DNA of 63,203 nucleotides, filler included, from Octopus bimaculoides (GCF_001194135.2; 7 parts of 6 records of this genome joined end to end with filler, not necessarily neighbours in it), one strand, 5' to 3'; numbered from the whole stretch's first letter, positions 1-13,230 are shown. Made by a program: numbers and translations. The notes: generated from the sequence alone by a model not told the origin.

Positions 1-162
1 TAAAATGCAGAGCAATCTGCAGCTGCACAAAGACATAGAATTTAATTAAATTAGAACAGATGGACACATTAGTATAATTATACCTAAAATCTCCAAGAAG
101 TTAAGGAGATAGACAAAGAACATGTTGCCTCTACTACAGCATATACTATATATGTATGTATG

Positions 163-200
<38 letters not shown>

Positions 201-498
201 TTTAAGTCGCAATGTATAGATTCAGCTAATCCGGTGGGACTCATAAAAGGCTCACTAATGTATCATTCTACAAAATATATTGAATACGTACTATGATACA
301 AACAAAAACATAAAGAGTGTATAAAATTACATATAACGGGAGCAAAATACTATGATAAACTTTAGTTTACCATAGAATATTTCTCTCGTTATTTATAATG
401 TTATATGTATATATATATAATCTTTTATTCTTTTATTGTTTTACTTGTTTTACTTGTTTTAGTCAATTAACTTCGGCCATACTGTAGTGCCATACACA

Positions 499-544
<46 letters not shown>

Positions 545-2017
545 ATTATATGTATCTGTATGTGTGTATGTATATAATACATATGTACGTATGTGTGTGT
601 TTGTGTAAACATCATCTTCCCTTACAAGCAAGTCAAAATATTAAACTGTTCTATGAATGATTTTTTCCATCTTATTTCCTTAATTAGTCATTTAAAGATA
701 ATCTGAAACAATAACGTTTTTACTTTCACTAAGGTTCGAAGATCTTCACAGTTGCTTTTCTGAATGTTACAGTGATAGCAGCGCGTTATAGCAGCATTTC
801 GTCAGAGTCTGCAAAGTATCATCGAATTGATATTGAAACTGAGAAAATTATCATAAATTAATTAACAATTATCTCCGGATTGCTAGATTATTTTACATTA
901 ATGCCGATTATTTTTTTATTTGTGTTTAGCTGTTATTATTAATTATGAATTCTTTAGTTTTCTTTCGTTTCGTAGAATTGTATATAGTATGGTGGTTTCA
1001 TCAATAAATATTTTTGTTTTTCTATATAGTTTTGCTATCTCTTCTGTTGTCTATTCTATATTGTAACGTGCTCTGATGGGTTTTCGTTATAAATGCATGG
1101 AAGTTGGATACTTGGTGGGTGTGTGTGCTCACATGTATGAATATGTATGTGCACAGGTATTTATGAAAGCTTTAAACAAGTTCGTTCCGCTGCTGTGCTA
1201 ATACATTTGACACCTACACCTTTTTTCAAGACATTCTCTTTCTCCCCCTAATTTTGCGCTAAGATATTAACCCAACCGTGTAAGGAATGAAAAATCTGTA
1301 CACTGACGTTGTTTCTGTAGGTGGCAAGGATGACTCACATATTCTCTAACCTTATATATACATATATACATACGTACATAAGTACGTACATACATATTAT
1401 GTATATATGTATGTATGTATGTATTTGTGCCCATACATACACACATGTGCAGGCACATCTATGTATGTAATTAAAATCAGATGTATATGTATGTACATTT
1501 GTGTGTATTTGTCTCTGTGTGTGCATGCGTGCAAGCGTGCATGTGTGGCATGTTGGTTTTAAAAAAGTTTTGCACTGTAGTCTGTTTATCCCGCCTGTGC
1601 TTGTAAAACCATAACAAAGTTTTAAGTTATAGCATAATTTGAAATGTAATTGTCACTATAGCACAATAGTAGCTTTGTCAAGCGAGAATATCAGATAAAA
1701 AGAACCTTTTATCGTTATACAGTCAAGAGTGACGGTTCTTTTTTCAAACTATTACTCCACAACCATACAACTCTGTGACCCAAAGCAAACATTTATACGC
1801 AAAGAAATAAACGGATGATGATGATGATGATGATGATGATGAAGGTAATTTATATTCGTGCTAACGATAAAGATGATTATGGTTGTCGTGATGCCCATCA
1901 TTATTGTAATTACAACGGGGCTGCTATTATGGTAATAATATCATGTCCCTCAGAGTGATTATAATGTCGTTGATAACTTATATGGGTTTACACGTACATA
2001 GATGCACACAATCTCTT

Positions 2018-2075
<58 letters not shown>

Positions 2076-2186
2076 GCACGCACACACACATACCTGCATA
2101 CGTATGCATGCATGTGTGTGTGTGTGTGTGTGTGTGTAAGAAAGAGAGATAATAAAAGAATAAATGATTGTCTTATGAACGTCATT

Positions 2187-2267
2187 AGCTTACAGCTGTT
2201 TCTGCTATAGGATGCAGTGGTCTCACAGTTGAGTACCTGAATAACACCTTATAACTTCATCGGAGCC
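2187..2267 (-). ncRNA. Penelope-type type I hammerhead ribozyme relic with long stem II
   Basis: Minus strand reads GGCT-CCGATGA-A-GTTATAAGG...CCTATAGC-A-GAAAC-AGCT-GTA-AGCT. Core has one change (CUGAUGA>CCGAUGA); stem II GTTATA(A)GG/CCTATAGC; palindromic stem III ACAGCTGT; GUA cleavage triplet. Confidence 0.6.
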
Positions 2268-2440
2268 TCGAATATGAAGTGTAATTTATTTGGGAAAGAA
2301 TTACATTAACTCACGGTAAAGTAACATACTTTCAACTATTGCATTGACGAATATGACTTCTTGTCTTCTTGGGAGCGATGACTGCTAAATCCTGTCTAGT
2401 TAGCTGATGGCTTTCCAGGCTTGGGCCTTCCTAGTCTCGA

Positions 2441-2505
<65 letters not shown>

Positions 2506-2587
2506 NNNNNNNNNNNNNNNNNNNNNNNNNNNNNNNNNNNNNNNNNNNNNNNNNNNNNNNNNNNNNNNNNNNNNNNNNNNNNNNNNN

Positions 2588-2658
<71 letters not shown>

Positions 2659-2659
2659 G

Positions 2660-3030
2660 ATGAGGATAACCATGCACCGAGACTTGTCTTACGTCGTCTC
2701 TTGTGAGTGAATTGAGAGTTCCAGAGACATTGAACATCATCGCGCCAGTCTTGATGACATTCATGTGAAGCCTTACCTCATGGGCTGCTCTTTCAAGTCG
2801 TGCTAGGAATGCCTGGACAACAGACACGGAGACAGACAGCAAACATAAATCATCTGCATAGTCTGTGTCAGCTATGCAATTTTCTGGTCTGCTATGATTT
2901 TTGGCAGTTGCTCTACGCAGAGTGAAACCGAGATGCTGGTGGTCTTCTCGGGTACATCTCATCATATGCACCACCTCAATAATGAAGACATACGGAGCTA
3001 GTGTATCTCCTTGTGGTATTCCTGCCTTGA
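2660..3030 (-). mobile_element. RTE-group non-LTR retrotransposon reverse transcriptase fragment
   Basis: Translation YEIKAGIPQGDTLAPYVFII...DTDYADDLCLLS...LERAAHEVRLHMNVIKT contains the RT motifs QGDxLAP and YADD; flanked by (CT)n and (AT)n. Confidence 0.85.
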
Positions 3031-4282
3031 TTTCATACATATATGCATATATATATATATATGCATATATATATATATNNNNNNNNNNNNNNNNNNNNNN
3101 NNNNNNNNNNNNNNNNNNNNNNNNNNNNNNNNNNNNNNNNNNNNNNNNNNNNNNNNNNNNNNNNNNNNNNNNNNNNNNNNNNNNNNNNNNNNNNNNNNNN
3201 NNNNNNNNNNNNNNNNNNNNNNNNNNNNNNNNNNNNNNNNNNNNNNNNNNNNNNNNNNNNNNNNNNNNNNNNNNNNNNNNNNNNNNNNNNNNNNNNNNNN
3301 NNNNNNNNNNNNNNNNNNNNNNNNNNNNNNNNNNNNNNNNNNNNNNNNNNNNNNNNNNNNNNNNNNNNNNNNNNNNNNNNNNNNNNNNNNNNNNNNNNNN
3401 NNNNNNNNNNNNNNNNNNNNNNNNNNNNNNNNNNNNNNNNNNNNNNNNNNNNNNNNNNNNNNNNNNNNNNNNNNNNNNNNNNNNNNNNNGTGGTGCCTCC
3501 TGCATGGCTGCAGTCCAATGACTGAAACCCCTAAGAGAGAAAAGATTTTAAAAACGATCCAATGTGTCAAGTGGTTTTACAAACACGTATATGGCTCTGT
3601 CATCTTCAAGGGGGGAAAAGAGAAAAGAAAAGAAACCCTTCTGGTGCTAATGTGACTTCAATACCATTGATATTGCTGTAATACAAATAATCACTTTCTA
3701 TCAGGTCAATGACATAATATATTCCATTGACTTTCAGTTGTCTATATTCACTCCACCTGTCTTTCTTTTTCCCTCTTTCTCTCTCACTTTTTCTCCTTCC
3801 TTCTCGTTATTTATATCACTTCTTTTTCCATTATATTTATTCTTTCACTTTCCGTTTATAGTTTTTTTAAAAAGCAACTCTTTGGCATTTTATATTTTTT
3901 TATCGATCAAATTTTTACTTTGTTGAGTGCACTTTTCCCTTTCAATACGGCAGACATATGGCTCTCAATATTCCAGTCTTCTCTGCATTTTTTTTCATTC
4001 TCACTTGAACTTTCTTTGCGCATCTCCTCTTATTTTCTTTCTTATCTTTTCCTTATATGTTTGTTTTGTTATCTTTCTCTTTTCATTTTTTTCTATTCTC
4101 AAGCCTTTACTATTTCTTTGTCCATCTCTCTCTCTCACTCTTCATAAAGATATACACCTGTACTTTGTGATTTTTTTTTTTTTTTTTTTTTGTCACTTTA
4201 GCTATGAATTGCATTAATGAATTCAACGGGATACACTGTCTGCAAGTAGTTGGGTTCAGCATATTATCCTTCATTTTCTAAT

Positions 4283-4324
<42 letters not shown>

Positions 4325-4811
4325 AAAGTTTTAAATTTAAATTTAAGAGAGAGATTTGACGCTAATATCCATTATTATTATATAATATATAATATATATA
4401 TAGGGAGAGAGAGTAAGAGAGACTTTATGAGTGTGTGTGTTGTTTGTGTATGTGTGCGTGCGTACGTATGTGTGTAGTTCAAACAAAAATAACCTAAAAG
4501 AAATTACCTCAGAGTAGCCAGTGGAGCTATTGCAATCAAGTTGCCTTCGAGAGAAGGTAAACAAACACCGTGTTGTAACTGCGACCGACACTCACCAAGA
4601 ATTAAGAATTCAAAAATATTCAGAATTTCCCTACTATACTACTGAAGGAAATGTGTATATCAGCTTTACATACATTACCTAGACAAATCATCAATGTTGT
4701 TCCTGGAGTCACTAAGTGTTTCGGATCTTGCAACTTACGTGCTATTGCAGCTGACGTAATCTAGGGTGGTCAAGCCTAGATTTGTGCCCCACTAGTATTC
4801 AGGGTGTCAGC

Positions 4812-5032
4812 ACAATTATCGTAAGATTGTGGTTTCGATTCCTGGACCGGGTGACGCGTTGTGTTCTTGAGCAAAACATTTCATTTCACGTTGTTCCAGT
4901 CCACTCAGCTGGCAAAAATGAGTAACGCTGCGGTGGACTGGCGTCCCGTCCAGCTGCGGAACACATACGCCATTGAAACCGGGAAACCGGGCCCATGAGC
5001 CTGGCTAGGCTTTAAAAGGGCGCATTTATTCT
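4812..5032 (+). mobile_element. tRNA-derived SINE (family D) with V/Meta-like central domain, 5' head truncated
   Basis: B-box-like GGTTTCGATTCC, then TTGTGTTCTTGAGCAAAACA, CCACTCAGCTG, GCGGTGGACTGGCGTCCCGTCCAG and GAAACCGGG. Confidence 0.6.
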
Positions 5033-5329
5033 ATTTTAGTATTTAGCTGACACCACAGGTCACTTCTTTTCATCAGAGCCATCTAGATTCGCATTCAGGA
5101 GACTCTACGTTGTAATTGATGGATCAGCTGGTTATTCTTCTGCTCATTCTTCCATAGCCTTTGGTCATGAAATGACATGCGGATCCCCTCTTTCAAACCC
5201 CCACAGGCAAAAACACTTCGTTGCACACCGGCTCGTACCCGAGGAAATCTCTGTCTCGAAATGATGACGCAGATATTATCGTAGGGGGTTCACAGTATCT
5301 AAATGCTCCATCAACTACATCAAAATATA

Positions 5330-5640
5330 CCCGAGGGTTTATATAGTATACCAGGTGGTCTTCAGTAAATGTAGAACATCTTACGTGGGGAGCACCACCA
5401 GAAAACTGCACGTTCATCTCAAGGAATACATGTGCACGGACACTTCGAACAAAAAACACCAAGAGAACAGCCATACCCAGGGTTTCACGATATCCATCAG
5501 GGCCACGCAACGCAATAGGGCCAATCTTAGAATCAAGGAGGTCCTCCTTATGAAAATAGAAGAGCAACATGAAGCAGGCTGGTTACTTAACGACACCAGT
5601 CTGCGCATGTTACCGTCCTCCACCATACATCTGAGCAACG
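5330..5640 (+). mobile_element. Penelope-like element GIY-YIG endonuclease fragment (decayed)
   Basis: GLYSIP (shifted frame) then KCRTSYVGSTTRKLHVHLKEY...LRIKEVLLMK...LLND match the PLE pattern YxI-C-YVGxT-RxLxxRxxEH-R...E...LN. Confidence 0.7.
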
Positions 5641-5829
5641 ACTTTTTTCCATCCCTCGCTTGTCCAGGTCCAGAATAATGAAGTATAACCTCGAAATATA
5701 GAAATATGAGGTAGAACTCCAAACTTGTTTTGTTTTTGTAGTTATTTCGTATCTCATCTTGCATTGTTCCTACCTTACCCATCAAATTTCTTATCTGTAG
5801 CATCACACAATACTTCACTGTAACTACTC

Positions 5830-5898
<69 letters not shown>

Positions 5899-6359
5899 CG
5901 ATTTGATTTTCATCCTTTGAAAAGAAATGAAAATCAAACAAATAAGCTACCGATCATACTTGGACGTCCCTACATAAGAAGGGTAAAAGCAAAACGTGAG
6001 ATCAATTCATTCATTTCCTTGTTCACCGAAAAGTTTTACGAAGGATCATAAATTGCAATAGAAATGTAGAATTTTTTTAAATTCTGGATGTACCGAAAGC
6101 TGTCCATTGAATATATTTATTAGAGAATGCTTTGTTCTTAGAATATAATCCCTTTCTGTATTTATGGTCTTAGACATTTTTTTTATCTAGTAATAATGTC
6201 CTAATTCCTTTGTTGTTTTGTATTTGTTTAAGTAAGAAGTAAAAAGAAACAATGACTTACCTAACTAGATAAAACGATTTGGTTAAATTATAGCAACGTA
6301 AAATGTAGGTGTGTTGTTTTCAGGTTTCTTCCGCTAGCATACAACCATATTAAGCTTGT

Positions 6360-6390
<31 letters not shown>

Positions 6391-8599
6391 GTACATATAT
6401 CTTTTACTTGTTTCAGTCATTAGACTGCCGTCATATTGTCTAATGACAAGGTCCCCCGCTAAGTTACGGGGACGTAATCACACTAGCATGATGATGATGA
6501 TGCTTTGATAGATCAGTCTCCTCTGAATCAATAAGCTGCTTACCATTTCCTAATATTTAAGCTCTATCTACTTGCATGCCTTTTCTCTGTATCAAGATTA
6601 CATATTCTAAGTTAAGAAAATATTTTTACTAAATCATATCGCTATCTTTTTGCTAGTAATTTTCATCTCAACCACGAACTATACAAATACACCTTTTCTT
6701 CATATGCACAGGGAATTGACTAATCTAATAGACAGTTGGTTTGACGAGTTGAAATTGTTTCCGAATTCCTCGTTTTGCAATGAAGTTCAAAATCAACTGT
6801 TTTTCATAAAAATATGGCTTTAAGCCAAGAATGTCAATATGATGATTTATTTAAAGGCGGCAAACTGACAGAATCGTTAGAGCGCTGGACAAGATACTTA
6901 GCAGCATTTCGTCAGTCTTTACGTTCTGAGCTCAAATTTTGCAGAGGCTGGCTCATCCTTTTGAGATCCATAAAATAAATATCAGTTAAACACTGGGGTC
7001 GATGTGATTGACTTAACCCCTCCCCCAAACCTACTGACCTTTTGCCTAAACTTGAAACCAATACGGTAACTTGTTTGACACCAGCTAGCCAAAATCAAAT
7101 CAAAATTCAATAGGACGGGGCATAAATTATACCAAATAATACCATTCATCTTTAACAAAGTCATTAATACCCGCAGAATGGATGTACAAAAGATACGGTA
7201 TTCCAACATATTGAGGACGATGTGGATATCAGAAATGAACGCATAAAATGAGCACTGGTTGCTGATGAGAACTGCCTGACAATAATCACTGTTCCTGTAT
7301 TTTGGACTCAGCCAAGTCACAGCAATTATGCAGCACTGAGAAAAGTTGTTATGCAATAACTGAGGCTATGAAAAATAAAAAAAGGAAACATGAAGAAGTA
7401 AGTTTGCCCAGCATGAAGTAAATAGTGTAAATGCCTCAATCAATCATTTCACTGTATTGTGCTATAGAGGAAAGCCATACCAAATTCATGAAGTCATTGC
7501 AGTAAATAAAGATCCTTTATCTCCTTCTCACTCTTGTGATGAAAATAAAGGCAAAGAAATTTCAACAAGTCACCGTACTTATGTTGTTAATAAACCAAAT
7601 ATTGTACGTGATCATAGATCAGTGTTTATAAATGTTCATCATGGTTTGAACCAAACACCTGTAGGACATTAACGTGATACATATTCTCAAATTAATGTAG
7701 TACTAATATCTGCTTACAGATCACTTGGTATGTTTGCTCCTCTGAGTCCATCGAATCAATTATCAGGCTGTGCAGATTTTCTCTCAAGTCATTTAAGTTA
7801 GAAATGAGATATCGTACCAGAAATGTAACACTGGTGTTCACATTAATAATTCTAAACGTAGGCATACTCCCTCTAACGTTGGGCTGTAATTTTATCTAGA
7901 AACAGAAATTAGTAAAATTAGAAAACTCAATGATCTTGAACATATGCACCATCCACTGGTATACAAGGTAGGGATCTGTGCCTTGTGAATTTAAGGATAA
8001 ATGTACTAGTAAACAGTTGTTTTCAAGTGAATTTATTGTCTATGAGGATCCAAATGCTACTCTTAATATCAATCCATTGTGCAGATTACTCAAGGTCTAA
8101 CCATAAGATAAGATCTTGTGCAGCAACTACAACTTATCATTAAAATTTATCCTTTCATTCGGAAGATTGGCTCACGTGTTAATGCATTGTCAATATGCTT
8201 TTACAAATAGACTGTGGGTATATAAGAACAATCGTGTCTAAAGAATGATGATGCGAGAATTATGCCATAACCAGTAAAGTTATTTTTGTCAAGAGATTAT
8301 ATTCAGAAAAGATTTTTGGTGAGTTCAACTCTTCACAGTCTCCATAATAGAATACGTTACCAAAACGCTGAGATAAAAGACATGCAATAGCAGGAAAATA
8401 TCCAAGCTTAAAACGAAAGAGAAATTTAGAGTATGAATAAAATGTCCAAGAAGATAACTACTTGGCGAAATTTTGTAATTACAATAAATGCATCTATACT
8501 GGACATTTTTATATATTTCTATATTTTAAAAAAATACTGTGGATTCCTCTGCTCTCGAGAAAACAATTAGAGCCATCTCTAACTGGCGTGTGATGCGAT

Positions 8600-8990
8600 A
8601 ATTTGTCCATAGGCCGAGGAAAAAGCTAAGAAACTGGGTATTTGTTTTTAAAACTAGGGACGAAGCGAAGACGGAGGCCATCACAGGTAATACAATATTT
8701 GCGCCAACGAAATATGAGCGTCAGAATCAAAGGTATTATCAATAGCATTTACCTTTGGCTCGACGTCATCTTTGTGGTATAGTATGGACAGCTGGTGAGT
8801 GTGCAAATGTACAAGAATGACATGTGGGTGTGTAGGGTTCAATGAGCTTACAAGTCTTAATATTGCAAAACTACATCGAAGCGCTGTCAAGAGTGTAGAA
8901 ATGTCTCGTGGAAAGAATTATTCAGGGCAAAAAGTCCAATTGCAACGCTTGCGGCATCAAAAGCCACATTTGGGCTTTTTGATAAAGCGG
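8600..8990 (+). mobile_element. Tx1/L1-like ORF1 (gag-like) relic with CCHC zinc knuckle
   Basis: One frame with several stops: RPRKKLRNWVFVFKTRDEAK...LQVLILQNYIEALSRV*KCLVERIIQGKKSNCNACGIKSHIWAF*. This is CX2CX4HX4C with the last Cys codon mutated to TGA (8941-8982). Confidence 0.55.
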
Positions 8991-9239
8991 ATCCCGAAAA
9001 GCATAGAAATAAAAAAAAGGGAATGTTATACACTGGTAACAATAGTACGTCCCAGTCTTTTTCTTTTTTCTATAAACTGTTAAGTATTTTCTGCAATTGT
9101 TTGTATTTTTTATATATAAATTCTTAATACTTGTTCACATATTTATTGCATAAGGTTAAAACAGAATTTTGTACCTTTCCTACACCATTTTCAACGTTTT
9201 ATGCATGAATAATGATGTATGTTATGACCCGTTGTGACA

Positions 9240-10079
9240 ACATTAATGGAAGAATTATTTGATAGAATCGGAGCGTTGGACAAGACTTGAAGTATCCTAC
9301 ATCTACAAAAAGTAGTCTCGTTCAAGATTCCACGTTTTCTACATGGTTGGTAAAAGTTCCATATTTCGTATCCAAAGAACATATTGACTAGATCAGTATC
9401 CTCCTTATCATGCATTAAATCGTTGCTTATTCAGACCACTGTAAAAGAGAACATCGACAAACGAGACGATTTTCTTGATTCTTGCACTTCATCTCTTTAA
9501 GGGATATTTTTGTCTTTATGAAGCAGATACTAGTAGCTTACCAACGTTCATTTTTGGCAATTTCATTGCAATATATTTCTGCAGTAATGATTTTTCCAGG
9601 TTTTAAGAAGTTATAGTGGATGAGTCCAGTAGTACACTGCTAAACAGTTACCATAACCTTCTTTTTGAAGAGCTCGACTTTAGGGAATGTTTTGAAGGCC
9701 TTATTTTGGTCCAACCACTGCGAAGAACGTTTTTTATTATTTTACAGAATCCACATTTCATCGAAATTTACAATACAGTCGAAAAATGTGTCGGTCTGTT
9801 TACGGAGAAGCGACAAGCAAATTTCGTATCTGCGCATTTTCTGATTTTCATTCAAATCATGTGATACTCATTTGTCGAACTGTTTTGATTGTCCGATCTC
9901 ATGTAAATGGTGGCGGGCAGTTATCTGGTTAACTTGAAGTACTTTTAGTTATTTCCTCACCAAACGTTTTGTTGATATCGCAAGTAATTACAGCTACTTT
10001 ACGTCCTTTTTTGAAGTTGAATAGCAAAATTGCTCGAATGTCGCGCTTTGTCAGTTCCATTTCAGATGATTGCAACAAC
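9240..10079 (-). mobile_element. mariner (Tc1/mariner) transposase pseudogene
   Basis: ATG at 10060: MELTKRDIRAILLFNFKKGRK; catalytic region DCIVNFDEMWIL*NNKKRSSQWLDQNKAFKTFPKVELFKKKVMVTV, resembling mariner DEKWILYDN...KKVMVTVWW. Confidence 0.85.
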
Positions 10080-10930
10080 GTTTTTTTTTATTACCCACAG
10101 GGGGCCAAACATAGTGGGACGGTACAAATGAGGGAGGGGTCGATGGTGCGTATGGTTTTTACACAGAGGTGAAAAGTTTAAAATTTATGCAATCGAATGA
10201 TAAACAAATGATAAGCAAAACAAATACACAAGCAATGAAGTGGGGGTGGGTTTTGCCTCGACCCCACAAGCCCCGTCTCACCACTGTAACCTTTAGTATA
10301 ACCTTATGGATACACTACATGGGTTCATTCATTCGCAACAAACTCACCACAGCCTTCCATCTTTTTTCCATATACATCAGGTGACAGGTATTTTTTCTCC
10401 ACTCTTATTTTCTTCTTGAGGGGGTAGATGAGGTAATGGACCAGTCCAAGGCTGGAGATGAATGTGGCTGTCACGATTGCTTTGAAGCGGGTTACCCATA
10501 CCGCTTCTTTCGCTATAGCGACCACAGCGAGACAACAAAGCCTCTTCTTTGTTAAAAGAAGAAAGAGGGACAATCTTTACAATCGACTCGGAAGACAGAT
10601 ACACTCTTCCCAGCCCTGACAGCAGATGAGAGATTTTGGGACACTGCACAATTGCGTGCAGAGCGGTTTCCTAGTCCTGCTCGCATCTTGCGCACGTGGG
10701 TGCGCAAGGGGCACCATGCCTTGCGAGGTTATCGCGACCTGGTAAAGCTCCTCCGTAACACTGCCAGGTCAGGGATCCTTGGAAGTTATCCAAGGGTTCT
10801 GGCTTGAATGTCCTTTGGAACAGAATGGCTTGTTGATCCTCATCGAAGTCTAGAGTTTCCCTCAAGACGTCGTCACACGCAGCCTCTACCAACTCTCTAT
10901 AGAAAGACGAGGTAGAACCCTCGCCGCTGG
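10080..10930 (-). mobile_element. 5'-truncated Tx1/L1-clade LINE (ORF2 C-terminus + 3'UTR + A-tail) with 17-bp TSD
   Basis: C-terminal Cys region CARCEQD...QCPKISHLLSGLGRVYLSSESIVKIVP, then AKEAVWVTRFK...YLIYPLKKKIRVE. A-tail at 10081-10092. TSD CAGATGATTG(C/T)AACAAC at 10063-10079 and 10931-10947. Confidence 0.8.
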
Positions 10931-11880
10931 CAGATGATTGTAACAACAGTGAAAAAAATATGAATGTTAATTTATTTGGGTAAGTCTATGTCTGTATTAT
11001 CAGACAATTGCAAAAATGTTTTTAAACAATTCAAAAATCTGCAAAACTCCGCTACAAATTCCTGATGGTTGAAAACGTTGCTTACTTTTTACGTTCTTGT
11101 TCCATTTTTTTTTGTTTTGTTACATATAGCGGCGTACGTACACTTTGGGTTTCCTGTATGTAAGTACATATATATATATATATAAATTCTGTACGACTAT
11201 TTTACTCTTTCCTTTAGCCCCCTTCATATTACCTTCGTTCCTTCCACTTTTCTTTTTCTCGTTTCCACCCTCACTTTCTTGGCCTTCCCTTCATTCTCAT
11301 CACTTTCTCTCCTCCTTTACCTCACTCTGTTCCTTTCCATTTTTCTCTCTTTCTCGTCCCTTCCTAATTCTTCAATCCATCTACCTCCTACCTCTCTCCT
11401 CTCCTTCCACGTGACCGAAGTTCGGCCAAGCCTGACCTTTCTTTCTTGGTTCCACTACCATCCGTGTAACACCTCTTATATTCCTTTCCATGATGTTCAT
11501 CTTCTATTTTCCTGCCGTAAGGCTTCACATCTACACACACCAGCTTAATTTAATTCGTCATTAGTCCAAATACACCTATTGTTAATGTCCTGTTGTTTGT
11601 ATTTGTAATTGTGTACCATTTATCCGGGGTTTTTTTCGTCCTTGTTTTCGTATACATTTGCTTGCTTTCTGCCAAAGAATCTAGTGCTTTAAGCTTAGAT
11701 TTGCTTTGGGCCGGCTAGATTAGAGAGTAACCGGCCGAAACTGCAAAGAGCGATTTGGTGCTCAACTGAAGATTGAAAACTCCGAATGACCCGTCCTTGT
11801 TTTTTTCCTGTCTTTTTTTGTATCTTCTAAGTCATGATAGATCGCTAGCCACTACACATTCTTTATTTTCTCTCTCTGTT

Positions 11881-11918
11881 TCTTTCTGTGGAAGAGCGTA
11901 GGCTCGAAACGTTAAAGA
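11881..11918 (+). ncRNA. Minimal Penelope-type hammerhead ribozyme motif
   Basis: TCTTT-CTGTGGA-A-GAGC-GTAG-GCTC-GAAAC-GTT-AAAGA: stem I TCTTT/AAAGA, stem II GAGC/GCTC with tetraloop, palindromic ACGT stem III, core A6>U. Confidence 0.65.
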
Positions 11919-12319
11919 CTTTTTCACTTCCCGAGCGTTAAACTAATACATCTGTTTGTTGTCTACACTACCTGTCTTCGTCTTTTGTTTTTTGTTTTTT
12001 TGTGAATTCTCCCTATAAATATATACGTTTGCATGTATGTATGTATGTATGTATGTATGTATGTATGTATGTATGTATGAGGGTATGTATGTACGTATGA
12101 AATATACGCCCGCATCGCCCGTCTGTCTCACCAGAGAAAAAACACAACGTGCGCGCACTCAGCAATCATCAAACGCAACCTGTATTAATCACCCACTGGT
12201 TTGTACTCGGTTCCTATTACAAAACTGTGCAATGATCTACATCCGACAACTAGGTGAGGTCACTGAATATAAAGCAAAAGTGTCTGAGTTCAGGAAAACA
12301 CACATTCACACATGCACGC

Positions 12320-12401
<82 letters not shown>

Positions 12402-12779
12402 ACACACACACAAGAGGAAAAAATGTGACACTGCGTGCGGTTTAGAAGGCATGAACTGCGACGGCAAAATCTACAGCAAAAAAGAAACATTGGAATGCAA
12501 ATATTGTTTTCAAATTTTAGCACAAGGCCAGTAAGTTCAGGGCAGTGGTTAAGCCTATTACATCGATTCCAATGCTTGACTGGTACTTATTTTATTGATC
12601 TCGAAACGATGAAAAGCAAAGTTGAGCGTGGAGGAATTTTTGAACCCAGACGTACGAAATGCCGCTAAGCGTTTTTCCCGTCCAGCTAACTATTTTGCAT
12701 TGGAATGCAAATATTGATGCATGTTTTGCTAACAAATATGGGTGATACCTATGAATAATTATTTGAGAAATAAGCTGAC

Positions 12780-12957
12780 CACATTGCCCTACCATACCCC
12801 ATCTCTCTCTTCAATTCTCTGTCTATCTGTTTGTCTGTCCGTCTGTCTCTCTCTCTTTCTGTCTCTCACTCCCTTTCTCTCTCCATCTCTTTCACTTAGA
12901 CACACAAAAACGTACAAACATACACATACACACTCTCTCTTTCTCTCTCTCTCTCTT

Positions 12958-12988
<31 letters not shown>

Positions 12989-13031
12989 TTCTCTTTCTCT
13001 CTCTCTCTCTCTCTTTCTCTCTGACTCACTC

Positions 13032-13085
<54 letters not shown>

Positions 13086-13099
13086 AATCTATCTATTTG

Positions 13100-13168
<69 letters not shown>

Positions 13169-13230
13169 TTAGCTGTTTCTCTCTCTCTCTCTTTCTCTCT
13201 CTCCGTTTCTCACTTTCTAGCACTATCTTT
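12780..13230. repeat. Compound microsatellite (CT)n/(ATCT)n
   Basis: Directly visible dinucleotide and tetranucleotide arrays. Confidence 0.95.

Noticed and set aside
4700-5076. Hammerhead split by the family D SINE (CTGATGA at 5070-5076 and GAAAC at ~4718-4722, minus)
   Set aside because: The would-be stem II strands are not complementary after removing the SINE.
7100-8500. Non-repetitive tract with protein-like short frames
   Set aside because: Frequent stops in all frames tried and no RT, transposase or host motif recognised; a translated search is needed before any call.
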